A DNA stretch of 64,000 nucleotides from Candidatus Methanomethylicia archaeon. GTDB taxonomy: Archaea; Thermoproteota; Methanomethylicia; Culexarchaeales; Culexarchaeaceae. The notes beneath the pieces are model-generated. The model searched no databases. It was not told where the DNA came from and saw nothing but the letters and a program-made list of their open reading frames with translations. The translations under genes and the position numbers were made by a program. Within the stretch, counting starts at the first letter, position 1, and the number at the start of each line of letters is the position of its first letter. Below are positions 21,184 through 30,919 of this stretch, piece by piece. The stretch is from positions 1-64,000 of the forward strand of contig JAVYVS010000003.1 in the NCBI GenBank assembly GCA_038727515.1, read 5' to 3'.

Positions 21184-21600
21184 ATGCCTGAACAAAGATT
21201 TAGAATAGCACCCACAAGTAGAGGAGCAATATTTAGAGCAAAAAGATGGTTTTATGCAACATTCTATACTAAGAATATACCTCCAGAAGTAAGAGAAGAA
21301 AATAAAAAGGTATGGACAGAATTGGCTAGAAGAATGGTTGAAGAAATCAATAAATATGGCTACGCAGAAAACCCAACTAGAATAACAATAAAATATGAAA
21401 CTGGATCTAAAGGGGAATTTAAACCATCATCAGTAATACTAGAAGTGATGAGTATGGAACCATTGAAGAAAATAGTAATTCCAGCAACAGCAGAAGCAGT
21501 TATAGAAGAAGAGAAAGCAGAATTATTAAAACATTTAGAAGAACTTATGAAGAAAGCTAAAGAACTTGGAATAGATCTAAGAGAAGTAATTAAAAAGTAA
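21184..21600 (+). CDS. Hypothetical protein, possibly ThermoDBP/DUF2258-like nucleic-acid-binding protein with C-terminal coiled coil
   Basis: GAGGTGA SD. Sequence pattern resembles ThermoDBP as I recall it. Confidence 0.5.
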   Translation: MPEQRFRIAPTSRGAIFRAKRWFYATFYTKNIPPEVREENKKVWTELARRMVEEINKYGYAENPTRITIKYETGSKGEFKPSSVILEVMSMEPLKKIVIPATAEAVIEEEKAELLKHLEELMKKAKELGIDLREVIKK

Positions 21601-21615
21601 AATAATTTTATTTAT

Positions 21616-22824
21616 TTATTGTATATTGTTAGAAGAAGTGAATAAAAGGAATGTTGCTGCATATATACCTATAAATGCTGATAAAACATCTATGCTAACA
21701 TTTTCATTAGGACCATGAGCATTACCAGTTAAATGATCACCTGGACCGAAACCACATATTGTTGGAACACCAATACTATGGTAAAAGTGTGAATCATTTG
21801 ATCCATAACCACCTCTAAGAATAACATTACCAGCAATCATCTTAGCAGCATTTAAAGCACATTTTAATATTTCAGCATCTTCAGATATTTCTGCAGGTGG
21901 AACATAATTTAAAACTTTAATCTTAACATTTATTGAAGGTCTTTTCTTCTTTAAATCCTCAAGAAAATCTTCCAACTGCGCTAAAACATCATGTTCACTA
22001 AGTCCTGGTACAACTCTAACATCAACATCAGCTACACATCTATCTGGAATAACATTAGTCTTAACACCACCATAAATAACTGTTCCAGGAGATATTGTGG
22101 GTTCTGGAAGCCATTTATGTGGAGTACATTTAAACTTGAATTTTTCAAGTGATAATAGGATTTCAGCCATATCTAAAACAGCATTAACACCTTCAGATGG
22201 ATTACTTGCATGAGCAGCTCTACCAATAGTCTCCAATTGAAGCCAACAAGCACCTCTAACGGCAGGTCTTAAACCTATAACTCCACCCCAAACAGAAGGT
22301 TCACAAATAATAGCAGAATCAGCTAATCCAAATCCATTGGAAACTAGAAATCCAGTACCATATTTTCCACCAGTTTCTTCATCAGCAACTGCATGAATAA
22401 TAAATTTACCCTTAAATTTCACTCCAGAATCAATTATGGATTTAGCTGCAGCAATTATAGCTGCAATTGCACTCTTCATATCACAAGCACCACGCCCATA
22501 AATCTTACCTCCACTCACAATGCCTTCAAATGGATCAACATTCCAAGCATCAAGATTACCAGGAGGTACAACATCGATATGACCATTGAATATTAAGGAT
22601 TTACCATTATTTTCACCTTCCAATGAAGCTACAACATTAGTTCTTCCAGGGGAAGCCTCTATATAATCAACTTTAAACCCAAGTTTGCTAAGTTCATCAC
22701 CAACAATATAAGCAGCTTCACTTTCATTTCCAGGAGGATTTATACTTTTAACTTGAATAAGCCTCCTAGTTAAATTTACAGCATAACCAGTATTAATCTT
22801 TGCATAATTCAAAACCTTAAACAT
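21616..22824 (-). CDS. M20 metallopeptidase, ArgE/DapE family
   Basis: NGHIDVVP, GRGACDMK, DEETGG, AHGPNE. Confidence 0.9.
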   Translation of the reverse strand: MFKVLNYAKINTGYAVNLTRRLIQVKSINPPGNESEAAYIVGDELSKLGFKVDYIEASPGRTNVVASLEGENNGKSLIFNGHIDVVPPGNLDAWNVDPFEGIVSGGKIYGRGACDMKSAIAAIIAAAKSIIDSGVKFKGKFIIHAVADEETGGKYGTGFLVSNGFGLADSAIICEPSVWGGVIGLRPAVRGACWLQLETIGRAAHASNPSEGVNAVLDMAEILLSLEKFKFKCTPHKWLPEPTISPGTVIYGGVKTNVIPDRCVADVDVRVVPGLSEHDVLAQLEDFLEDLKKKRPSINVKIKVLNYVPPAEISEDAEILKCALNAAKMIAGNVILRGGYGSNDSHFYHSIGVPTICGFGPGDHLTGNAHGPNENVSIDVLSAFIGIYAATFLLFTSSNNIQ

Positions 22825-22925
22825 GAATTACACCACTAGACAATAGTATAAAAATACAATATAACTATAACCGTTAAAGAGGATAAACTAATAAATATGT
22901 TAAAATATAGTTGGATGGGATAAAA

Positions 22926-23243
22926 ATGAGGAGTTACATAAAACTCTACGGACCCTCAATTGATAGAGGACTAGAAGCTTTAGATAAACTTATGAAAAAC
23001 ATAACTAAATTATACCCATATGGAGAAGCAATACAACAAATAGTTTCAGTAATAGATCCAAGCATAGATTTAAAAACTGGAAAGAGTATACGTGGGGGAA
23101 GAGAATTAATAGGTGATTACGACTACGTCATTGAATGGATAAATACACCAACAATAGAACAATTAAGGAGTTTAATAAGGAAAATTGATGAAGCACTACT
23201 ATATACTGGATGTAGATATACGATAACAACAAAAGAAGAATAA
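22926..23243 (+). CDS. Hypothetical protein
   Basis: About 105-aa ORF with native codon usage; no motif recognised. Confidence 0.7.
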   Translation: MRSYIKLYGPSIDRGLEALDKLMKNITKLYPYGEAIQQIVSVIDPSIDLKTGKSIRGGRELIGDYDYVIEWINTPTIEQLRSLIRKIDEALLYTGCRYTITTKEE

Positions 23244-23318
23244 ATCCCCTTTATATGGGAAAAATTTAAATCAAAAATAAATTTTTATCATTATGAACCT
23301 AATTTTATATAGATATTT

Positions 23319-23419
23319 GCCTCGGTCGTATAGTCCGGCCAAGTATGCAGGCCTTTCGAGCCTGCGATCACCAGCATGGGTGACAGGAAACCCGGGTTCA
23401 AATCCCGGCCGAGGCACCA
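23319..23419 (+). tRNA. tRNA-Glu(UUC) with non-canonical 23-nt intron at 45/46 (23367..23389)
   Basis: CAGGC-CTTTCGA-GCCTG; BHB formed by CCTG/CAGG helix, CGA and AAA bulges, TCACC/GGTGA stem; encoded CCA. Confidence 0.9.
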
Positions 23420-23423
23420 AAAA

Positions 23424-23884
23424 TTAAATCATATTAAGTGTGAAAACAAGTGTTACTCCAAATTCTTTAGCTTTTTCAATATCATAATCACTTGGGTGTT
23501 TAATGATAAACAGCCCATCATAAATAACATTCAAACCTATAAGTTTGGCATATTCCGTAAAGACAGTATTTAAAACTTCAGCACCATCTCAACCATAACT
23601 TCTCAAGAGGATGCAAATTACTTCTAAACTATATAATCCAAAGTTCAACAGCTTCAATAAGAGCCAATAGTAGATTATGTGTATTGAGAGAAGCATTAGC
23701 ATATGCAGTTAGTGAATCAAGAACAATTAAGTCAGCGTTGTTAAAACTTTTAGGGAAAATTCATCCTTAACTTTCTTAATGATTAACATTGAGGTTTTAT
23801 GATATTTAATCTTTTAGTAATAGCCATAGCTAATTTCTCATTGTTACCAGTAAGACCCTCATGAACTATTACAGCGGTATGCAT
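23424..23884 (-). pseudogene. Flavodoxin pseudogene
   Basis: MHTAVIVHEGLTGNNEKLAMAI (S/T-x-T-G-N-T-like loop), ADLIVLDSLT, ESYG*DG, PSDYDIEKAKEFG; interrupted by frameshift and stops. Confidence 0.75.
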
Positions 23885-23968
23885 AAATATTCGCCTTTAA
23901 AGAATATGATTAATTATAAACATTTTATCTTTACAGCATACTAAAACGAAAAGTGTTGGAGGCTGAAG

Positions 23969-25345
23969 ATGTATATGGGGAGATTGTTTGGAACTAATGG
24001 TATCAGAGGAACCTTAAGAGAAATTACACCAGAACTTGTCGTTAAAATATCCTTAGCTGTTGGAACTTATTTCAATGGTGGTGAAATAATTCTTGGGTAT
24101 GATGGTAGAAGGACGAGCCCAATACTATTTAGGGCAGCTGCAAGTGGCCTCATGGCAGCTGGATGTAAAGTATATAATGCTGGAATGACTACAACTCCAC
24201 TATTACAATTTGGAGTAAAAACGTTAAAACTTGATGGTGGATTAATGATTACTGCAAGTCATAATCCACCTGAATTTAATGGTGTAAAGGTTATTGGGAG
24301 CGATGGTATAGAAGTTCCACGAAATGTTGAGGAAGAAATAGAAGAAATATTCTTCAATGAGAAATTTGTGAGGAAACCATGGAATGAAATTGGATCAATG
24401 GAAGAAGCCCCAAACATAATTGAAGAGTACATAAATTCAATAAAGAAAAATGTACATGTAAAAAGTATATCTTCAATGGGGTATAAAGTTTTAATAGATC
24501 CTGGAAATGGAGTTTCAGTTCTAACAATACCAAGATTACTTGAGGAATTAAATTGTGAATACAGTGTTATAAATGGAGATGTAAATGGGGAATTTCCGGG
24601 TAGAGGAGCTGAACCAACTCCACAAACACTAATTGAAGTTGGTAAGTTAGTGAGGGAGGGAAGATATGATTTTGGGGTTTCATATGATGGAGATGGTGAT
24701 AGAGCAATATTCACAGATGAAGAAGGTGTAACGCATTGGGGTGATAAAACCGGTGCATTAATAAGTGGGCATATACTGAGGAAGAAGGGTGGAGGAATAA
24801 TAGTTACACCAATAAGTACATCAAAGATTATAGAAGATATAGCTGAGAAATACGGTGGAAGAGTGCATTGGACTGTTGTTGGAAGTGTAATAGTATCGCA
24901 TGAACTTAAAAGAGTTAAAGGTGTAATGGGATTTGAAGATAATGGTGGTATAATATATCCAGATCATCAATATGTTAGAGATGGAGCAATAGCAACAGCA
25001 TTAATGTTAGAAGTAATGGCTGAAACTGTTGAATCTCTATCAAAGATAATTTCAAAACTACCAAAATATAGTAGTGTAAAAAGGAAGATTACATGTCCAA
25101 ACAATATAAAACAAGAAGTTATAAAGAGGATTAGTGAGAAATTAGAATTAGAGAAGGTATGGAAGATAGAGAGAATCGATGGTATAAAGGTATGGTTTGA
25201 TAGAGATACATGGATATTAATGAGAGCTTCTGGAACAGAGCCAATAATAAGGATATATACAGAAGCAAAAGATGTGAAACTTGCAGAAGCCATAGCTTTA
25301 AAATATGAAGAAGAACTTTCATCAATAATAAAAAGTATGGGATGA
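23969..25345 (+). CDS. Phosphohexomutase (phosphoglucosamine mutase / PMM-PGM)
   Basis: LFGTNGIRG, TASHNP, DGDGDR, RASGTEP. Confidence 0.92.
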   Translation: MYMGRLFGTNGIRGTLREITPELVVKISLAVGTYFNGGEIILGYDGRRTSPILFRAAASGLMAAGCKVYNAGMTTTPLLQFGVKTLKLDGGLMITASHNPPEFNGVKVIGSDGIEVPRNVEEEIEEIFFNEKFVRKPWNEIGSMEEAPNIIEEYINSIKKNVHVKSISSMGYKVLIDPGNGVSVLTIPRLLEELNCEYSVINGDVNGEFPGRGAEPTPQTLIEVGKLVREGRYDFGVSYDGDGDRAIFTDEEGVTHWGDKTGALISGHILRKKGGGIIVTPISTSKIIEDIAEKYGGRVHWTVVGSVIVSHELKRVKGVMGFEDNGGIIYPDHQYVRDGAIATALMLEVMAETVESLSKIISKLPKYSSVKRKITCPNNIKQEVIKRISEKLELEKVWKIERIDGIKVWFDRDTWILMRASGTEPIIRIYTEAKDVKLAEAIALKYEEELSSIIKSMG

Positions 25346-25351
25346 TGATTA

Positions 25352-26257
25352 TTGGAATTCTTTGAAAAACAATTAATAAACAAAGTATTAAATATGAATC
25401 TTGAAGAATTAACGCAATTGATAATATCACCACAAGATTCATGTATAGTAGCTGAAGAAAGGATATATCAAGCTGCAAGTATAGCACCATTAATATCAGA
25501 AACACTTATTGGAGCCCCAATAAGATGCTATACACCACTAGAGTACAGTAGATATGTAGCACCATATAGAGATTATGATAAAATGCTAATATTAATGGAT
25601 GAAAGTGAAAAGATAACACCACAAATGAAGAATCTAATGGATATATGTAGGATAATGAATATTCAGACGATAGTAATTCTATTTGGTAGAGAAAGTGTAG
25701 AGTTAAAGAAAATATTTACACCAGAAATAATATCACTAAACCTAGATTTAAAAGATGAATTAAGTAAAACAATCCTTACAACTACACTAATAGTAAGACT
25801 ACTAGCTGAAACTTCAATCAAAAAATCTGGGAGTGAAAGAGCAAAAAACGTATTAAATGAGATAAAGACAATAGAACCAAATAAAGAGAGTGAAGAAAGA
25901 CTAAAGTATATTCTCTCTAAAATTTTGAATGGAAATATAATGCAGATATTCAGCGACCATATACTCCTAGGAGTATTAAATATAGCAATAAGCGAAATAG
26001 CAATGAATATGCAATTTAAACCAGTTATTTATAGAATTGATGATCATCCAAAAATCACTATGAAAATGAGGGAGAAAATAGTTAGAACAGCAGTATTCAC
26101 ATCGGAAGTAGAAGAAGATATTGCAAAACAAATATGCAATTATATAAAGATAAATGGTGGAGAAGCTGAGGAATATATAGAGAAAGGTGAACCAATAATA
26201 GCCCCAATACAATTAAGCATAAATCTAAACAGAATCATAAACAAAGTAGATAGATAA
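25352..26257 (+). CDS. Hypothetical protein, possibly divergent SIS-fold
   Basis: 301-aa alpha/beta ORF coupled to the phosphohexomutase; no clear catalytic motif. Confidence 0.5.
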   Translation: MEFFEKQLINKVLNMNLEELTQLIISPQDSCIVAEERIYQAASIAPLISETLIGAPIRCYTPLEYSRYVAPYRDYDKMLILMDESEKITPQMKNLMDICRIMNIQTIVILFGRESVELKKIFTPEIISLNLDLKDELSKTILTTTLIVRLLAETSIKKSGSERAKNVLNEIKTIEPNKESEERLKYILSKILNGNIMQIFSDHILLGVLNIAISEIAMNMQFKPVIYRIDDHPKITMKMREKIVRTAVFTSEVEEDIAKQICNYIKINGGEAEEYIEKGEPIIAPIQLSINLNRIINKVDR

Positions 26258-26261
26258 ATTA

Positions 26262-27056
26262 ATGGGGAATCACATGCTCAGAAAAATACTAGAGCTTATA
26301 GGAATATACAAATTATATGAGAAATGGCTTTGGAGACAAGTTAAAGATGGAGAAAAACCCATACATGTTGGGATAATATTAGATGGCAATAGAAGATGGG
26401 CTAGGGAAAATAAACTTCCACCATGGGCTGGACATGAAAAAGGTGCGGAAAAAGCAAAAGAAGTTATTAAATGGTGTTATGAAGCAGGAATAAACACATT
26501 AACATTATACGTATTTTCAATGGAAAATTTCAATAGAAGCAAAGAAGAAGTTGAAGCCATAATGAGATTAGCGAAAAAATATGCAGATATGTATATGGAT
26601 GATGAAAATATCCATGAAAAAAAGGTTAGAATAAAGGTTTTAGGGAGAAAGGACCTATTAGATAATGATCTAAGAGAGAAGATAGAGAAACTAGAATATT
26701 CAACTAAAGATTACAATGAGAGATATTTGAACATTGCATTAGCATATGGCGGTAGAACGGAAATCGTAGATGCAGTAAAAGAAATTTGTAAAAGAGTTAA
26801 GAGTGGAGAAATGGATGTAAATCAAATAGATGAAAAAGTGATTGAGAAATTCCTATATACATCACATCTACCACAACCATACCCAGACTTAATAATAAGG
26901 ACTAGTGGTGAAGAAAGGTTAAGTGGCTTTTTATTATGGCAATCAGCATATAGTGAACTAATATTTCTAGATGTATATTGGCCTGAATTCAGAAAAATAG
27001 ACTTTCTACGTGCTCTAAGAACCTATCAAAGGAGGAATAGAAGATATGGAAGATGA
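26262..27056 (+). CDS. uppS: cis-prenyltransferase (undecaprenyl/polyprenyl diphosphate synthase)
   Basis: ILDGNRRWA, FSMENF.R, YGGR.EI, IRTSGEERLSGFLLWQ. Confidence 0.95.
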   Translation: MGNHMLRKILELIGIYKLYEKWLWRQVKDGEKPIHVGIILDGNRRWARENKLPPWAGHEKGAEKAKEVIKWCYEAGINTLTLYVFSMENFNRSKEEVEAIMRLAKKYADMYMDDENIHEKKVRIKVLGRKDLLDNDLREKIEKLEYSTKDYNERYLNIALAYGGRTEIVDAVKEICKRVKSGEMDVNQIDEKVIEKFLYTSHLPQPYPDLIIRTSGEERLSGFLLWQSAYSELIFLDVYWPEFRKIDFLRALRTYQRRNRRYGR

Positions 27057-28047
27057 AAATAGAAAGTTAAAGAGAGTATCAATAATAATTCCAGTTAAAA
27101 ATATGGAAAACAGTATAGAAGACTTACTAAAATCAATAATGGAATTAGATTACCCAAAGGATAAAATTGAAGTAATAATCGTAGATGGAGGATCCAATGA
27201 TAAAACATTAGAAATAGCATCAAAATATCCAGTAAAAATACTTAAGGAAGATGGAAAAGGACCAAATTATGGGAGAAATATTGGTATAAAAACTGCTTCA
27301 GGGGAAATATATGCATTTACAGATGGAGATTGTATATTACCAAAGGATTGGCTTAAGAAAATAGTGGAAAAGATTGATGATGAAGAAGTTGGATGTGTAG
27401 GTGGAAGTGTATTTGTAGCTGAATGTTTAAAGGACAATCTTATAGCGAAATATGCTGATGAATCAATAATGAGAATAATGCCCATAGCAAAAACCACAGA
27501 GAAAATACATGAAGTAAAATTGTTTAAACATCTAGCAACATGCAACATGGCAGTTAAAAGAAAGGTTATTGAAGAAATAGGTGGATTTGAAGACGATTTA
27601 AAAGTATTTGAAGACATAGATTTAATAGTTAAAATATGTAAAAAGGGCTATAAAGTATTAAGAAGTCCAGAAATATATGTTTGGCATAAACATAGAGAAG
27701 GAGTATGGAAACTTATAAAACAAACATTTAATTATGGAAGGGGGGCATTTGCATTCCTTAGAAAGCGTCCAGAACAACATATTTCAAAGATGTATACTTT
27801 GGGTATAATTGCATTTATAATATATCTAACCATAATTGCCGCTGGACTTATTATGGCTATAAATGGAAACTTATTGCTACTATCAATAATTCTAACCATA
27901 ACATTACTAGCATATACACTGGATATGATGTATTATATTGTGAAAACAAAAAGCTTGAGAAAAATGATCTTGTACCCAATACTAGATGTTGTAAGGATAT
28001 TATCATTTGTGAGTGGAGGTGTAGTACAACTTTTATTTGGATGGTAA
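27046..28047 (+). CDS. GT2 family glycosyltransferase with C-terminal TM helices
   Basis: SIIIPVKN, VDGGSND, FTDGDC, ED motif. Confidence 0.9.
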   Translation: MEDENRKLKRVSIIIPVKNMENSIEDLLKSIMELDYPKDKIEVIIVDGGSNDKTLEIASKYPVKILKEDGKGPNYGRNIGIKTASGEIYAFTDGDCILPKDWLKKIVEKIDDEEVGCVGGSVFVAECLKDNLIAKYADESIMRIMPIAKTTEKIHEVKLFKHLATCNMAVKRKVIEEIGGFEDDLKVFEDIDLIVKICKKGYKVLRSPEIYVWHKHREGVWKLIKQTFNYGRGAFAFLRKRPEQHISKMYTLGIIAFIIYLTIIAAGLIMAINGNLLLLSIILTITLLAYTLDMMYYIVKTKSLRKMILYPILDVVRILSFVSGGVVQLLFGW

Positions 28048-28440
28048 ACTCCAGGGGAGACCTCTCTTTAGTATATCTTCAGGTATCATACTAGAATACT
28101 TCCTTAAGAAGCTTAGGTCTTCATCCCTATTTCTTAGGTCATCAGGCAACATATGTGGAATTTCTTCAATTATTGGATACCATCTACCACATTTACCACA
28201 AAACAATAATCCTTCATCAACTTCACGTTCTAAACATGATCTACAATTAACACTTTGAATATCCAAATCTCTAATAAATTTAGCATTTAAACCACAATAT
28301 TCTTCACATAAAATTTTCTTATCTAAACTCATATTGTAAGTATACTTATTCTCATGAAACACATATAATTGAATTGGAAAATTCTTACAAATAGGACATG
28401 CAAGTATATCCATTAACCTATATTTCAAATAAATCACCAA
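28033..28440 (-). CDS. Trm112 family methyltransferase activator
   Basis: LMDILACPICK...EGLLFCGKCGRWYPIIEEIPHMLPD. Confidence 0.9.
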   Translation of the reverse strand: MVIYLKYRLMDILACPICKNFPIQLYVFHENKYTYNMSLDKKILCEEYCGLNAKFIRDLDIQSVNCRSCLEREVDEGLLFCGKCGRWYPIIEEIPHMLPDDLRNRDEDLSFLRKYSSMIPEDILKRGLPWSLPSK

Positions 28441-28477
28441 AATAATCTAATGAATACAAATACATAAGGGTAACCAT

Positions 28478-28894
28478 TTACAATAATACTAGTATAGCTC
28501 TAATCTCATTAGCAGACATTTCTAAAACAAACTTCAAAATATAACTTCCAGAAACATCATAGGAGATAAGGTTTTTAGTTGAATTATCTACAATTCCTAA
28601 AACATTTGAAGTTGATATGCCCATCCCGATATCTGCATCTCTTAAATCAACAGTTACATAAACTAAAGTTTTATAGGGCTTGGGATTTGTAACTAGGTAA
28701 ACTAAACAAAAACGATAAGAACCCCCTGAAATATATAGCGATACACTATTAAATTTAGCTTTAACTTCAACCTTCTCTGGAATAGACATAAGGAAAACCG
28801 TTAAAACCCCAATGGAAATTAAAAGTAAAAATAATAAAGAGAGAAACTTCAAACTTTTACTATGCCCACTAGACTTATACTTTCTAAAGGACAT
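28478..28894 (-). CDS. Membrane-anchored hypothetical protein
   Basis: Basic N-terminus, one TM helix, beta-rich domain. Confidence 0.65.
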   Translation of the reverse strand: MSFRKYKSSGHSKSLKFLSLLFLLLISIGVLTVFLMSIPEKVEVKAKFNSVSLYISGGSYRFCLVYLVTNPKPYKTLVYVTVDLRDADIGMGISTSNVLGIVDNSTKNLISYDVSGSYILKFVLEMSANEIRAILVLL

Positions 28895-28956
28895 AAAAAT
28901 CTAAATAATTCATTAACGGCAAATATTTATTACTTTTTTACAATCATTAAATTGAT

Positions 28957-30063
28957 ATGCACATACTATTAAGACCAGATTCAATAACAGTATTAGAAGA
29001 TTACGAAGTAAAAGAAAGATTAAAATGGTATATTGATGTTATGAGAAATAAGAAACCAGCAAAATACATAATATGTAAAAAGATACCATCAGAATTCGAA
29101 TCAGGAGAAAATTTAGACGACCTATGGATTGAACATGAAAGAAACTCTAAAGAATTCAAAAAGATATATGAAGAAATTAAAAGTGGAAAAGTTAAATTAG
29201 ATGAATTGAGTACTCCTAAAAAGAGCTTTCTAGACTTAAAAATTGAAATCGTAAATAGAATACTAAGTGAATGTACATTTTGTGAAAGAAAATGTAGAGT
29301 TGATAGGAGAAGTAAAGCTGGATTCTGTAGATTAGATTCTAATACATATGTTTCATCATGGTTCCATCATTGGGGCGAAGAAGCTCCACTAGTTCCAAGT
29401 GGAACGATATTCTTCTCATCCTGCAATTTTAGATGTGTATTCTGTCAAAACTATGATATAAGTCAATTACATCCCCATGGGGGGTTGAAGGTATCTGAAA
29501 AAACCCTTGCAAAAATATCAACTACATTAAGGAATGAGGGTGTTAGAAATATAAACTATGTTGGAGGAGAGCCCACTCCAAACTTACACACAATAGTTGG
29601 CTCATTAAAGTACATGGATATAAATGTACCATTATTATGGAATAGCAATATGTATTGTAGTGAAGAAACAATGAAGATACTCCTTGAAATCATAGATATA
29701 GGATTACCAGACTTTAAATATGGGAATAATGAATGCGCAAAAAGACTCTCATTAGTGGAAAACTATTTTGAAGTAGTTTCGAGAAATCATAAAATTATGC
29801 ATGATTACCCAATAGATATGATAATTAGACATTTAGTAATGCCAAATCACCTAGAATGTTGCACAAAAAAGGTATTGAAGTGGATAAGTGAAAACACTCC
29901 AAGAGCATTGGTTAACATAATGGAACAATATAGACCGGAATATCTTGTTGAAAAATACCCAGATAAATATAGCGATATAAATAGGAGAGTTACATGGAGT
30001 GAAATGAATGAAGCATATGAATATGCAGAAAAACTTGGGATATGTTATAAACCAGTATCATAA
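28957..30063 (+). CDS. Radical SAM protein (PflX-like)
   Basis: CNFRCVFCQN, GGEPTP, PDFKYG, IRHLVMP. Confidence 0.9.
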   Translation: MHILLRPDSITVLEDYEVKERLKWYIDVMRNKKPAKYIICKKIPSEFESGENLDDLWIEHERNSKEFKKIYEEIKSGKVKLDELSTPKKSFLDLKIEIVNRILSECTFCERKCRVDRRSKAGFCRLDSNTYVSSWFHHWGEEAPLVPSGTIFFSSCNFRCVFCQNYDISQLHPHGGLKVSEKTLAKISTTLRNEGVRNINYVGGEPTPNLHTIVGSLKYMDINVPLLWNSNMYCSEETMKILLEIIDIGLPDFKYGNNECAKRLSLVENYFEVVSRNHKIMHDYPIDMIIRHLVMPNHLECCTKKVLKWISENTPRALVNIMEQYRPEYLVEKYPDKYSDINRRVTWSEMNEAYEYAEKLGICYKPVS

Positions 30064-30075
30064 GAGAACGTCAGT

Positions 30076-30606
30076 CTAATAGTTAACACCCTTAACAATC
30101 GTAAAGAGATTACCATCAAAATAGATGACCCAATCAAAAAATGGGGAAACATACTCCAGTAAACGTGGATAGACATGTATCCTAGAATTAAATGATACTG
30201 AACCACCTTTAAAAAGTAATATTAGTTTTAAAGATGAAAACCTACACACTTTTACCATTAAATTAATTTTATCATAAAAATTCTTTATCAATAACTTATA
30301 ATAGTAGGATTTTAATCCGTGAAAATATATGTTTGATATTCTGGGTAGGTAAACAATCATATTAATGAAATCTTTAAAATTAAAGATCTCATATGGATTA
30401 AAATCATTTAAACATTCCAATATGTATTGATCATCTTTTACGGGGAAATCCAGTGGAATTGAATGTTCAAATACAAATAGAGTTTTACTTGTAATGTTCA
30501 AAAGTGTATCTAAAAGATAATATATACCATGACCAAAGAACATTATCTGATGATTATAATCAGATGACAATAAACTAATTATGTCACATAGATCTATATT
30601 TTTCAA
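30076..30606 (-). CDS. Hypothetical protein, probable inactive RecA-fold paralog
   Basis: Strand order matches RadB-like proteins (IMFFG, TLFVF, IVYLPRISNIY, LILLF, FDWVIYF) but there is no GKT/S and no Walker B Asp. Confidence 0.5.
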   Translation of the reverse strand: MKNIDLCDIISLLSSDYNHQIMFFGHGIYYLLDTLLNITSKTLFVFEHSIPLDFPVKDDQYILECLNDFNPYEIFNFKDFINMIVYLPRISNIYFHGLKSYYYKLLIKNFYDKINLMVKVCRFSSLKLILLFKGGSVSFNSRIHVYPRLLEYVSPFFDWVIYFDGNLFTIVKGVNY

Positions 30607-30919
30607 AAAGTTCCCCTCTTAACATTCTCCATAAAATAACTGAACCAATATGTGTACAGATATTCCTCATTCTAACAAGATAATACCTTTTATCCATGGA
30701 GTAACAAGTACAAAAATAGCATTTAAAATCACTAAAGAAGACAACTTTGTAAAATGGGTTATAATCCCCAAATTCAATCCTACCTTTAACAAACCATACA
30801 TTGGGATGATCAGTTTCAATAATGTCAGATAATCTTTCAATACAACGATTAATCCAAGATTTACCTTTAAACTTAAACTTCAATTTAAAACTCTTCAAAA
30901 CACTTTCATCATAATACAT
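30584..30919 (-). CDS. SWIM zinc-finger protein
   Basis: Y.V...YFCTC-x15-CTH (CxC-xn-CxH). Confidence 0.85.
   Translation of the reverse strand: MYYDESVLKSFKLKFKFKGKSWINRCIERLSDIIETDHPNVWFVKGRIEFGDYNPFYKVVFFSDFKCYFCTCYSMDKRYYLVRMRNICTHIGSVILWRMLRGELFEKYRSM

Noticed and set aside
23376-23573. 65-aa plus-strand ORF
   Set aside because: Overlaps tRNA-Glu and is antisense to the flavodoxin pseudogene
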